Source: Chiloscyllium plagiosum
Taxonomy: Eukaryota
Assembly: GCF_004010195.1 (NCBI RefSeq)
Contig: NC_057718.1
Span: forward strand, 25,051,955-25,115,954
DNA: 64,000 nucleotides
Reading direction: 5' to 3'
The number at the start of each line of letters is the position of its first letter. The stretch's first letter is position 1. The position numbers and the translations under genes are program-made. Under the pieces are notes generated by a model. It was not told where the DNA came from. It was given only the letters and a program-made list of their open reading frames with translations, and did no database searches. Shown in pieces: positions 40,201-51,699 of the stretch.

Positions 40201-42518
40201 CAGGCAATGTTTACTGACATCCTCAACTGTGGGCAAACTATGCATGCATTTTAATCCAGATATACGAATAAATCCTACACGTGATGTCACATGCAATTGT
40301 ACTGCACACATGCAGGGACACTTTTAAAATGGAATTTAGCAGTGGGCAGTGAGGACACAGAATGAGAATAGACATGATATGGTAAAGGGGGGGTATAAGG
40401 AAGGAGTGGTAGCGAAAGGAAGGCAGGAGGAAAGGTAAATTGTTGGGGAGGAGTAGTGAAGGCCGAGGCCTGGGGTAGGGGTTGGTGATGAGGGCCCAGG
40501 CCCCGAGCCCCACCGTCAGTTCAACCCCAGGGTTGATCCTTGGCTTCATGATAATGCTAGAGTGGGAAATCTGCTTGATCCTGAGATTGTGAATTGCTTT
40601 TGAATACAATTCTGCTACTACTGATGGTGGCCCAAAATACCTCATTGATGCCCATTCCTAAGATACTTAATCTATTCAAAGTCTATCCCCTTTAGCACAA
40701 TGATAATGCCACACAACACAAGGGAGGGTATCATCAATATGAAAACTGGGACTTTGTTTCCATAAAAACAAACTGACAGTGTCATGGACAGATCCATCTG
40801 CGCTGGCAAGAATGAAGTCAAGTATTTAATCCCCCCATTAGTTCCCCCAACACCAGAGCATTATCAGGCTCTCTCAATTACTCGTAAGATGTATTGTTTG
40901 CAAATCTTAAAAAATACATACTGAACTTTCCAGGAGTTGCAAAAGGACATTTCTGTGTATTTTGGAAATTTATTCTTCGGAATTTAAATGTATAAAACCA
41001 AAAGCTATTTCTGAAAAATACACCAGGCTGGTATTGATCCATGGGGAGAGCAGACAATCAATATTCCAGGTTCTACAATTCATCAGAACAGAAAATCAAG
41101 CAAAATTATTTATTTAATAAGTTTCTACATAAAGGAAAACAGTGGTATCATCGCATCCTTAATCAAGTACGCCACCAACAGTTCCAACTTTTTGTAAGGT
41201 TAAAATTACAATAAAAATGAGAAATCTATGTTGCAAAAGTTTAAAAGATCATTTAGCTGACAATAATGCAAGCCTGATAGATTGATTTTGGAACTAATTT
41301 TACAAACTGTCATCAGTTTCTCATCTCGGTTAACGGGTTCAGTGGTAGCAACACACCTTGGATCTGCTCCAGTTCTGAACTCCTTCCTATATATTTGCAT
41401 ACAAACACATACGCACATAAAAACTTCAAGCTGGCTAATTTCCAGCTTTTGTTGCTGTCACTCCATCTTCTCACGGGAGGAGATTTCTGCTTTGTCGCCT
41501 TTCTAGTCACATAGCTTGATCATTCAAACTTTCTGCCTCATGTCCTAAACAAGCTATCTGCCCTCATTTATAAAGAAAGCGATTGTATGTAAAAAGTCTG
41601 TTCCAAAGAATTAAAACTTTTACTTTCAAAACAATTATTCAATCCCTCTGCCAAATAAAGGGCAGAAACAAGACCCACAATAATTTGAAAAGGGGCATAG
41701 ATACTTACTTAGTATTACAACATTTCTTAGAAAAATATATAACATATATAGTACCATGTACTAGTGAGGCCAGAAATAGGAAGATAATATAGCTGAATGC
41801 AAACTGCTGTCGGAAGGAGGGTTTCAAATATCTGGATAATTGGGATCTCTTCCACGGCAGGATGGATCTGTGCAAGAAGTACGGGTTAAACCTAAAAAAA
41901 AAAGCTCAAATATCTGAACAGGAAGTTTGCTTCAGCCACTGGGAAGAGTTTAAATTAATGTGACCAGGTGGTGGGAACAGGACAGTGGGTCAGCATGTGG
42001 AGTTGTTGAGGAGAAGGTAGAAGTAAGTCTAATAAGAACAAGCAGGTTAATGAACACAGTGGGACTGGCAGTCTGAAGTTCATTTATTGCAATGCCATGA
42101 GTATAGTATGTAACACAGACAAACTTAGGACTTCAATTAGTACATGGCACTACAGTGATGTAGCCATTATTGAAACCTAGTTGAGGGAAGGGCAGGACTG
42201 GCAGCTCAATACTCCAGGGTTTAGATGTTTCAGGTGTAAGAGAAAGGGTTGTATAAAGGGTGGAGGAGTTGCATTACTGATTAAGGAGCATATTACAGCT
42301 GCATTAAGAAAGGATATCTTGGAGGGCTCATTCATCGAGGCCATATGGGTAGAATTTAGGAATAAGAGAAGTGCAATAATGGAGTTATATTATAGAGCTC
42401 CCAATAGTCAGCAGGAGATAGAGCAACAGATATGTAAGCAGTCAATAGAAAGATGTAAAAACAACAGGGTTGTTGTAGTGGATGATTTTAACTTCCCAAT
42501 ATTGACTGGGACTCCCTT

Positions 42519-42706
42519 ACCGTTGAGGTTGCAATGCTGGAAAAGCACAGGTCAGGCAACATCTCAGGAGCAGGAGAATTGACGTTTCCGGCAAAAGCCC
42601 TTCATCAGACTTTTGCCCAAAACATCGATTCTCCTGCTCCTCGGATGCTTTACCAGCATCACACTCTCAACTCTAATCTCCAGTATCTGCAGTCCCCACT
42701 TTTGCC
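42519..42706. mobile_element. Short inverted pLTR element (family B) with 13-bp TSD
   Basis: TSD ctgggactccctt at 42506-42518 and 42707-42719; minus strand CTGATGA-A-GGGCttttGCCG-GAAAC-GTC. Confidence 0.75.
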
Positions 42707-44192
42707 CTGGGACTCCCTTCCTGCCTGGGGCTTCGATGTGGCAGAATTTGTTAGGTGCTTCCAGGAGGGTTTCTTGAAAGAACATTTAGATAGTCCAACC
42801 AGGGAAGGGACCATATTAGACTTTGTATTCGGGAATGACACTGGTCAGGTGATTGAAGTTTCAGTGGGACAGCATTTTGGGTACAGTTATCATAACTCCC
42901 TGAGTTTCATGGTAGTGTTGCATAAGAATGACTGGGTCGTGGATGAACGTGCTAAATTGGGGGAGGTCTTGTCTTACAAATTTGTTTGAATATTTTGAGC
43001 AAGTGATGCAGATGATCGATAAGGGTAGGGCAGTAGGTGTTGTCTACATGGACATTACTAACAAGGTCCCTCAGGCTAAATTGCTGTCTTAAATCAAATG
43101 GGATCCACCATGAGTTGGTAAATTGGATACAAAATCAGCTTAGTCATAGAAGACAAGAGTGTACCGCAGTTAGGCGGTAGTGTGGGGGGTTTTAAAAAAA
43201 AGAAATAAATAAATAAATAAACGGGAGTATGGCTGCGTCTGAAAAAAAGACAAGATGGTAATTGTTAAGGGGTGTTTTTTCTGACTGGAAGTAGATGACC
43301 AGTGATATTCTGCAAGGATCAGTCCTGGAACCTCCATTATTTGTAATATATAGGCATGAAAATAAAGGTGGTCTGATTTGTAAGTTTGCAGATGACATGA
43401 AAATGAGTGGAGTTGTCGACAAGTAGGAAAGTTGTCAATAGATGTAGATCAGATGGAAAGTTGGGAGGAGAAACAGTAAATGGATTTTAATCTGGAAAAG
43501 TGTAAAGTGATGCATTTTGAGTAGTCAAATGTAAGCGGGAAATACACATTAAATGGCAGGATCCTTCGGAGCATTGATATACAGAAGGATATTGGGGTTC
43601 AAGTCTGTAGCTCCCTGAAAACAGTAATAGTAAGTAAGTTGGCAAAAGTGGAGTACAGCCTGCTAATCTTCATTGGTCAGGGCACGAGGTTATAAATGTT
43701 ATCAAGTTGTGTTGCAGCTGTATGAAACTTTAGTTAGGCCTCATTTGGAGTACTGTATGCAGTTCTGGTTGCCACACTGTAGGAAGGATGTCAAAGCTTT
43801 GGAGCGGATGAAAAACAGGTTTACCAGGATGTTGCCTGAATTGATGTGCATTAACTATAAAAAGAGGTTGGACAAACTTGAATTATTTTCACTACAGCAT
43901 TCAAGGCTGAGGAGTGAGCTGATAAAAATATGTAAAATTCTGAGAGGCTTGGATAGGGTGGAAATGTCAAATACTAGAGAGGCTGGATTTGGGGCAGAGG
44001 ACAGGGAAGTTTAAAGGAGACATGCAAGTAAACTCTTTTTGTACAGAGGATAATGAAGGCCTGGAACGCACTGCAATGTTTAAGAGGCATTTGGACAAAC
44101 ACGTGAACAGGCAGTGAAGGGAAGGATACGGGTCATGTGCAGGCAGATGGGGCAAGTTTCCAATGGTATTGTGGTCGGCACCGACATGGTGG

Positions 44193-44269
44193 AAGTGAGT
44201 ACTGCGCTTGTGGCAGGTCAGAGGAGCAGGAAAATCGACATTTCGGGCAAAAGCCCATCACCAGGAATA
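44193..44269 (-). mobile_element. Deleted family B pLTR element with 9-bp TSD
   Basis: TSD acatggtgg at 44184-44192 and 44270-44278; minus strand CTGGTGA-T-GGGCttttGCCC-GAAAT-GTC. Confidence 0.65.
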
Positions 44270-44649
44270 ACATGGTGGGCCGAAGGGGCCTTCTGTAATA
44301 TTCTACATTAAAGTAAATGGCTTGGCGGGAGTGTTAAAAGCGAGTGTAAAAATCTACACGTTTAAAAGAAGAGCGTGTGGGGAATTTATAAGTATGGTAA
44401 CTTACCCCCCCAAAAAAAGAAAACATTGATCTACAAATGTCAAAGCACAACGTCAGTGATTGCAGTTAAACCCACTGGTGAACAAAGCTGTCTGCATCCT
44501 GTTCTTTCCCCGCTGTGGTACTTTTTAAACGAGGCTGCATTCCATTTTCCAAGAGAGTGGGACAGCAACAGCGAAAACAACTGTGAAGAGGCCCTGCCCG
44601 TGTCCAGCTCCTGCTGCTTCACTGAGGAACTGGGAAGAGTTGCTGAGGC

Positions 44650-45340
44650 CTAGTGTTCTCCTGATCAACTCGGAACCACGGGCCTGCCCCACTGAACCCG
44701 AGCGGTTTCCTCACGGAGAAAACTCCACCCTCGGCATTGCCGGCGAACACTAAAGTGGGAGGGGGGTGGGGGGGAATGTTTATGGACCCACAAGCGAGGA
44801 GGGCCCTGTACCCTCACAGTCTCCCCCCCCCCCCCCCCGGCAGTTGAACCGTTGCTCTCCGTCAGGATGTCGGGGGTGACCTTGTCCAATGGAACGTTCC
44901 CCGGAGAAACCCTGGCAACCGCGGCCGGGCTGCCAGCGCGAGGCAGCCGGGGAGTTCCCTGCAGCACCGCCAAGCGCACAAACACAACCGGACCCACTGC
45001 AGGTCACCGGGGGGGTAGTCAACCGAAACTATCGTGCATCCAACCTAACCTTGCAATGCCTCATTTGGAGGGAGAGGCCGGTCGGCGTCGCTCCCTGTGA
45101 ATTGCACTCACCATTCTTTTGCAGATTGCAACAGCAGCGGGCGGCCGCAGGCTGCTGACCAGCAGTGGGGAGGACCGCGCCCCCGGGGCTTTGCTGCGAA
45201 ACCGATGAAGGTTTCGGAGAACACGGAACATGTTGCCCAGAAATAAGGCTGGGGAGGGACCAAGGCGGCAGACTGGGGGAGGTCAGATTGGGAGAAGCCG
45301 CCAGAGGGAGCAAAAAGCAAGCAGCAAATCGCAGTATGCA
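44650..45340. promoter_or_regulatory. CpG-rich FH promoter / first-exon region
   Basis: Markedly higher GC and CpG than the surrounding window. CCAAT on the minus strand at 45287-45291, ~55 nt upstream of the FH ATG. Confidence 0.7.
45112..45231 (-). CDS. FH: Fumarate hydratase exon 1 (mitochondrial targeting peptide)
   Basis: Translates MFRVLRNLHRFRSKAPGARSSPLLVSSLRPPAAVAICKRM: Arg/Ser-rich with no acidic residues. Ends ATG|GTGAGT donor in phase 0. Lies in a GC/CpG-rich region and ends in ..RM like human exon 1. Confidence 0.9.
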
Positions 45341-45835
45341 TTTGCTACCTGAAGCATTTAATCAGATTGAAAGACGAAGTTTTGCTTTTCTTTAACCCCC
45401 CGAAAAAATGTAAATGTTTTCATGCTGCAAATCTCTATGACTCTGTTTTTGTTTCTCAAAATCGGAACTGTTAACTGCACCTTGGAATTCAACTTTGTCG
45501 TATTGCCCAATTGCATTATTAATAAAACTCAAAAGAAAAGTCGACGAAGTCTCATTATTCCTACTGTGGATGGAATTGGGTTTGTCTTGACGGGAGACTT
45601 GCAGGAAAAGTTTTGGGAAATGACAGGGGTATTTTGCAGTCTTTGCATTTGCCAGTTATTGCTTCAGGTTTAGCAAAATAAATGTTCAAATGTTTGACCA
45701 ATATTGGGAAGGCAAATATTGCTGTCTTTACTCAGTATGAGAATGTTTCGTCCAAAGTGAAATTATCCACGTCCCTCTAGTTGAATATGACAGTTTTGAC
45801 CATGTTCATAAGAATGGCCTATTACCACATTGTAG

Positions 45836-45928
45836 CTGAAAATGTGTTGCTGGAAAAGCGCAGCAGGTCAGGCAGCATCCAAGGAACAGGAGAATCGACG
45901 TTTCGGGCAGAAGCCCTGCTTCAGGAAA
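45836..45928 (-). mobile_element. Family B pLTR element with 16-bp TSD in the FH-KMO intergenic region
   Basis: TSD tattaccacattgtag at 45820-45835 and 45929-45944; minus strand CTGAAGC-A-GGGCttctGCCC-GAAAC-GTC. Confidence 0.8.
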
Positions 45929-46316
45929 TATTACCACATTGTAGTCAATTGGCCCAACAAGTCCTCACCGACCCTCCAAAGAGCACCCTCTACTCAATCC
46001 TTCTAACCCTGCATTTCCCATGGCTAACAAAGTTAACCTACACATCTGTGAACATTATGGGTAACTTAGTATGGCCAATCCACTAACTTGCACCTCTTTA
46101 ACTCCTTCCTGGAGGAAAGGGTCACAGGATCGAAACTTTAACTCTGCTTTCATCTACAAATGTTCCAGACCTGGTGAGTTTCTCCAGCAATTTGTTTTTG
46201 ATAGTTTTTTTAAAAAATAAGCATAACCTCTCAAAGCCTTCATTCTTAGAAATAACACAAGAGTAGTTGATCATGGTTATTGTGTAAAAAAATAAATAAA
46301 TTTGAACAAACGTCTG

Positions 46317-46576
46317 TAATCTGCGGTTGTGTGTGTGATTTTTAAAAATAAAATTGTTTAAAATATCATTACAATTCCGTGACACTGTAAGCCTTTTGCT
46401 ATAAGTTCTGTGTGATATGGTCATGTCCCAGAATCACCTGAAGAGGCAGAGCCTGGAAAGCTAGTGCTTCCAAATAAATTGTTGGACTATAACCTGTTGT
46501 TCTGTGAATTTTGACTGAGTTGTGCACAAAGGATAGTGGAAAACTGAAATTCACTCTCTCGAAAAGTGATCAATGG
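46317..46576. repeat. Left arm of ~260 bp inverted duplication
   Basis: Reverse complement of 47874-48131 with few differences. Confidence 0.92.
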
Positions 46577-47199
46577 GAGGCCCGAGTAATGCGGGTGCGA
46601 GATGGCCTGCGGGCTGGAGACTTGAGGGAGCAGGGATAGCCAGTGGTGTGGAAGCTTGAGTGAGGCGGGGGGACGGTTTTTGGACTGCTGATTGGTAGGG
46701 GCGGTCAGCAGCTTATGAGCCCAAGCAGAGGAGTGTAGAAGCCCCCTGCGCTGATCTACTGAAAGACTGCAAATGCTTGTCTTTATTCTCATTTTTCTAA
46801 CTTATACTATGAGCAACTGTAAGAAATGTATTTTTTTTCTCCCTTTTTCCCTTTATTTCTGTATTTTGTATCTAAGATCTGTTGTATCTAAGATGGTGCC
46901 AGATGGGGTGACATTGTGAACTTTTCACTGTATTCTCATACTTCTGTACTTGAGTACACATGACAATAAAGGAAAATCTATATTCTAACTCTGTCTAAGA
47001 TCACGGACCAGAAAGGTTCTGCTCACTGTTTCTCCTCACAGATTCTGTTTGATATGTTGAGTATTTCAAGCATTTTCTGCTTTTATTTCAATTACTCGCA
47101 ACTGGAATGTCAAACTTTTTTTTAAGAGAGAGCATTCAGTAGTTACAAAGATACAGCCGGTTCCGCGAGTTGAAAGTTTAACGCTTGTTTGGCAGAAAT

Positions 47200-47380
47200 C
47201 CCTGCGATATGAGTTAGTAACCCCCCGGGAAAGGATACGTTTGGCCAATGAGGTCTGCAGTTTCAGGAGCGTTGATTCTATTGGGAATGGGCAGAGTGAT
47301 AAAACACAGTCCATGGGAAAGGAAAATCCAAGGCTACTTTTGCAATTGAGGCAGGAGAAATCGTCTCTTCGTCTGCAAAA
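47200..47380 (+). promoter_or_regulatory. Putative KMO proximal promoter / 5' UTR
   Basis: Non-repetitive sequence with several CpGs. CCAAT (ggccaatg ~47243) and an inverted CCAAT (attgg ~47280) upstream of the ATG. Confidence 0.4.
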
Positions 47381-47455
47381 ATGTCCTTACGATCTGGTTC
47401 AAGAACTTATGATGGAGAGGAGACAAAGACGGTGGCGATTGTTGGTGGTGGCTTA
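47381..47455 (+). CDS. KMO: Kynurenine 3-monooxygenase exon 1
   Basis: MSLRSGSRTYDGEETKTVAIVGGGL|gtaagg; start of the FAD-binding GxGxxG motif; aaaATG context; same intron position as human KMO (..VAVIGGGL|VG..). Confidence 0.88.
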
Positions 47456-47873
47456 GTAAGGATTCTTTTTTTTCTCTTTAAAGGGGGAATCATGATTCTG
47501 TTTGCAGTAAATCAACGATTATTTTTTTTTGCTGACTGCCCCTCCACGTGAGGGCCGAAGTGCAACTTTAATATCACACTTCAAGTCTGCTGGATGTGAG
47601 GTCGGGCTGAACCTCACAACTCGTCTTTCAAAATTTAAGTGCATAAACCTGAGAAAATCGTAAAAATGTTGCATTCGCAATGGTTTTGGGGGGAAAGTTA
47701 CAGAGGCAGCGCTTTCAGATTTGAGTCTATTGTTTTTTTCCCAATAGAAATGTTTCCTCAATGAATTTCCCAAACACGATTTTACAAGGTCGTGTTGTAT
47801 ATTTATAGGCTTTGTCCCTTATCCCTCAATGCCCTTACCCCTCGAACTAGTACAGTTTTGATGACGTCCTCTA

Positions 47874-48131
47874 CCATTGATAACTTTTCGAGAGAGTGAA
47901 TTTCAGTTTTCCACTATCCTTTGTGCACAACTCAGTCAAAATTCACATAACAGGTTATAGTCCAACAATTTATTTGGAAGCACTAGCTTTCCAGGTTCTG
48001 CCTCTTCAGGTGATTCTGGTACATGACCATATCACACAGAACTTATAGCAAAAGGCTTACAGTGTCACGGAATTGTAATGATATTTTAAACAATTTTTAT
48101 TTTTATTAATCACACACACAACCGCAGATTA
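47874..48131. repeat. Right arm of ~260 bp inverted duplication (CR1 tail / family C junction)
   Basis: Reverse complement of 46317-46576; followed by another family C terminus at 48140-48285. Confidence 0.92.
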
Positions 48132-48577
48132 TAGTTCTTAAGCACCTGATGAAGAGGCAGCGCGTTGGAAGCTAGTGCTTCCAAATAAACGTTTTGGACT
48201 ATAACCCGGTGTTGTGTGAATTTTGACTCAGTTGTGTTATTTTTAATTTTGTCCACCCGAGTCCAACACCAGCACCTCCAAATCTCAACTCAGAGTCATA
48301 CAGCACGAAAACAGACCCTTCAGTCCAACCAGTCCATTTCCCCATAATCCCACTGGTTTGACATCAAATTGGATAAACTCTTTACACTGGCTCTTGCATG
48401 ACTAAATGTCTAGGAATTGTTCTAACGAAATGCTATACAATTTTGCTTAACCAGTTCCTGTATCATAAAGTAAAATCAGATAGATCCTCTTGAAGACTTT
48501 TTCCACCAAGACTGCATAGACATAGCATCTTCTACTCCCACAACCAGTAGCATCATGAAGCACAAAGATGGCAGCTA

Positions 48578-48875
48578 GAGTCATAGAGATGTACAGCATA
48601 GAAACAGACCCTTCGGTCCAACCCGTCCATGCCGATCAGATATCCCGACCCAATCTAGTCCCACCTACCAGCACCCAGTCCATATCCCTCCAAACCCCTC
48701 CTATTCATATATCCATCCAAATGCCTCTTAAATGTTGCAATTGTACCAGCCTCCACCACTTCCTCTGGCAGCTCATTCCATACATGTACCACCCTCTGTG
48801 TGAAAAAGTTGCCCGTAGGTCTCTTTTATATCTTTCCCCTCTCACCCTAAACCTATGCCCTCTAGTTCTGCACTC
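48578..48875 (-). mobile_element. CR1 LINE 3' tail
   Basis: RTRGHRFRVRGERYKRDLR motif and tail. Confidence 0.85.
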
Positions 48876-49469
48876 CCGAAATGAAGAGCACCAACTTCTG
48901 CAATTTCCCTTCCAAGTCATTCTCAGTCCATCCAGACAGTCAAAATATATTGCTTTACTTTCAGTGTCACCTGTTTAAATCCTAGAACTCCCTCCTTTAA
49001 CAGCATTATGCGACTACCTATTGTGAATAGACTGCAGCAGCTCAAAGACAGTTCACCACCATCTTCTCAAGGGCAGTTAGGGATTGCCAGAAGGCACTGA
49101 CCCAAACAGTGATACCCACATTCCATGTATGAATTTTTTACAATCCCTGTTTTTATTTTCATTTTGTAGTTTCATCAATTTATTTAATTTGCTCAATTTT
49201 TGACTTTGCTGCAATTGTATTTTAAAGATTACTTTGCACATCATTAATCATAGTAATTAATTTTTCTGAACATAGCTGTAATTAAAAAGGTATTAGTTTG
49301 AATGAATGTGTGCTGTGTGCACTTGTTTTTTAGTTAATAATACTCTATATTAACTAGGAAGGTAGTTGAACAATTACAGCTAGCTCCCAGGTAAACTAAT
49401 AATTAATTCTAGCAGGATCAATAGTTGAATTAGATATTGAAATCTGTAATCTAGATGAATAGGAATAAT

Positions 49470-50900
49470 TAACCAGGTAACTTGAGCATAGGTGGAGATT
49501 GGCTAACTAATAGAAGGCAGAGAGTTGGGATAAATAAGAAATTTTCAGAATGGCAGTCTGTAACTATGGAAATAAATGTAAAATCATCAAGCCTAGGCTC
49601 ACAAAAAAAACCTCAAAGCTCCAATGCTCAACTTGGTAATAAAACATTATCTTTGGTCATCCAAGTCCTTAAGATATGTTGTAAATAATTGTGGCCCCCA
49701 CACTGGATCCTTATAGCACTCCACAGAGTCATACAGCACAGAAACAGACCTTTCTGTCCAATCAGTCCATGTTGAACATAATCCCAAACTAAACTAGTCC
49801 CACCTGCCTGCTCTTGGCACATATCCCTCCAAACCTTTCCTATTCATGTACTTATCCAAATGTCTTTTAAACATTGTAATTAGACCTCATCCACCACCTC
49901 CTCAGGAAGTTAATTCCACACACAAACAACCCTCTCTGTAAAAGGAATTGTCCCCATGTCATTTTTAAAACTTTCTCCTCTCCCCTTAAAAATGTGCTGT
50001 CTAGTCTTGAAATCCCCCGTGCAAGGGAAATGACAACTACTATGAACCCTATCTGTACCTCATTTGCTTATAAATTTCTGCAAGGTTGCCTCTCAACCTC
50101 TTATGCTCCAGTGAACAAAGTCCCAAGCTATCCAGCCTTTCTTTATAACTCAGACCTTACATACCCAGCAATATCCTGGTAAATCTCTTCTGAATCCTCT
50201 GCCATCCTGAAAATACCCTCCGCACACAAGTATTTCTTTTCTATTAGTTAGAAAATTAGTTAGAAAATCCATGCTAATATTCTACAACCAAAACCATAGA
50301 CTCTTATTAAGTGGCCTTATGTGTGGTACCTTATTGAATGCCTTTTTTGAAATCCAAATATATTACATCTACTGATTTCTCCTTTATTTGTCCTACTTGT
50401 CACCTCCTCAAAGAACTCTAATAAAATTGTCAGGCATAGTTTGTGTATTTTTAAGTGCCCTACATCCTCTATAATTGGCACTTGAACATTTTCCCAATGT
50501 CAGTCCTAATGGTAACTGACCTGTAGGTACTTTTGTTGTCTCTTTTTTGAATAGGGGTGTTTCATTGGCCGATTAAATAATTACTGGAAGATTATGACCA
50601 GTGTATCCATTATTCCAGTAGTTAGAGTATAGAACATTACAGCGCAGTACAGGCCCTTCGGCCCTCGATGTTGCACTGACCTATGGAACCAATCTGAAGC
50701 CCATCTAACCTACCATTCTCGTCCATATGCCTATCCAATGACCATTTAAATGCCCTTAAAGTTGATGAGTCTACTACTGTTGCAGGCAGTGCGTTCCATG
50801 CCCCTACTACTCTCTGAGTATAGAAACTACCTATGACATATGTCCTATATCTATCACCCCTCAATTTAAAGCTATGTCCCGTCGTGCTAGCCATCCTAGG
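49470..50900. mobile_element. Cluster of CR1 fragments in both orientations
   Basis: WLTNRRQRVGIN (+); minus-strand tails starting at ~49720 and ~50625 (GHSFKLRGDRYRT..FYTQRVVGAWNALP). Confidence 0.75.
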
Positions 50901-51139
50901 AATTCCCTCCCACATCCGCCATTCCTGTGGCAGGTTAGACTTTATGATTTGAGCCTTGCTGTAGTCAACATCATCTTTTTGTCATAAATGTCATGTGGCT
51001 ATGCTGGGGTGAGGATGGACAATAACGATTGTGTAAATCTATTTTAATTGTTCCCGCTCTGTAAGAAGTGAGCAGAAATATACTGGCTGCTTAGTTTAAA
51101 CTTGGCCTGACTTGTTATTGCATTGACTTCCCTCCAGAG

Positions 51140-51410
51140 AATTTTAAAAAATCAGTCATGGCATGTGACGTTACTAGCGTTTATTCCCCGTCCCTAGTTG
51201 CCTTTCAGAAGATGGTAGTGAGCTGGATTCTTCAACCGCTGCAGTCCACCTGCTGGCGGTGACCCACAATGCCCTTTGGGAGGGAATTCCAAGATTTTGA
51301 CCCAGCAACAGTGAAAGAGCAGCTATGTATTTCCAGGTCAGGATGGTGAGAGCCTTAGAGGGCAATTTGCAGGTGGTGGTGTTCTCAATCTATCTGCTGC
51401 CCTTGTCCTT
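51140..51410 (-). mobile_element. 3' tail of the old non-CR1 LINE family
   Basis: tttattccccgtccctagttgcctttcagaagatggtagtgagctg...gggaattccaagattttgacccagcaacagtg; plus-strand relative at ~48900-49135. Confidence 0.65.
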
Positions 51411-51699
51411 AATGGTTTACCGCTGGTGCCCAGCAGTTATCATTGACACATTGGTAGCTTTCTACAACACAAAAGAGACACAGTACAAAATGCGGACATA
51501 TACAGTGAGAATGGAGTCTTCGACCTATTAATTACTTAGCTTACCACTGGTGTTGTGCCACAACTGTTCAGCGCTTTGCAGTTGAACCTTGAAACTGCAA
51601 TAGATATTGCTGCAGTAAGCAGTGTCAACAGGAGAAGTATGGCAAAAATGCAATTGCACCCTCATAATTTTACTTCCTTTAAAATTTTAAGATATAAGC

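Larger units (their letters stand above)
41790..44305 (+). mobile_element. CR1 LINE (ORF1 end, endonuclease, deleted RT, tail) with two short hammerhead-type insertions
   Basis: GQDWQLN..GGGVALLIKE..YYRAPNS; VRPHLEYCMQFWLP; inserts at 42519-42706 and 44193-44269. Confidence 0.88.

Noticed and set aside
44756..44838. G-rich and poly-C tracts in FH intron 1 as a G-quadruplex switch
   Set aside because: Only homopolymer runs; no further support from the sequence alone.
45108..45357. Upstream ATGs (45341 out of frame, 45357 in frame) as FH uORFs or an N-terminal extension
   Set aside because: The in-frame one hits TGA before the main ATG. Both lie upstream of the CCAAT box (45287-45291), so they are probably not transcribed; there is no TSS evidence.
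47241..47456. 71-aa ORF overlapping KMO exon 1
   Set aside because: Wrong frame. The frame starting at 47381 gives the GxG motif and splices in phase to exon 2.
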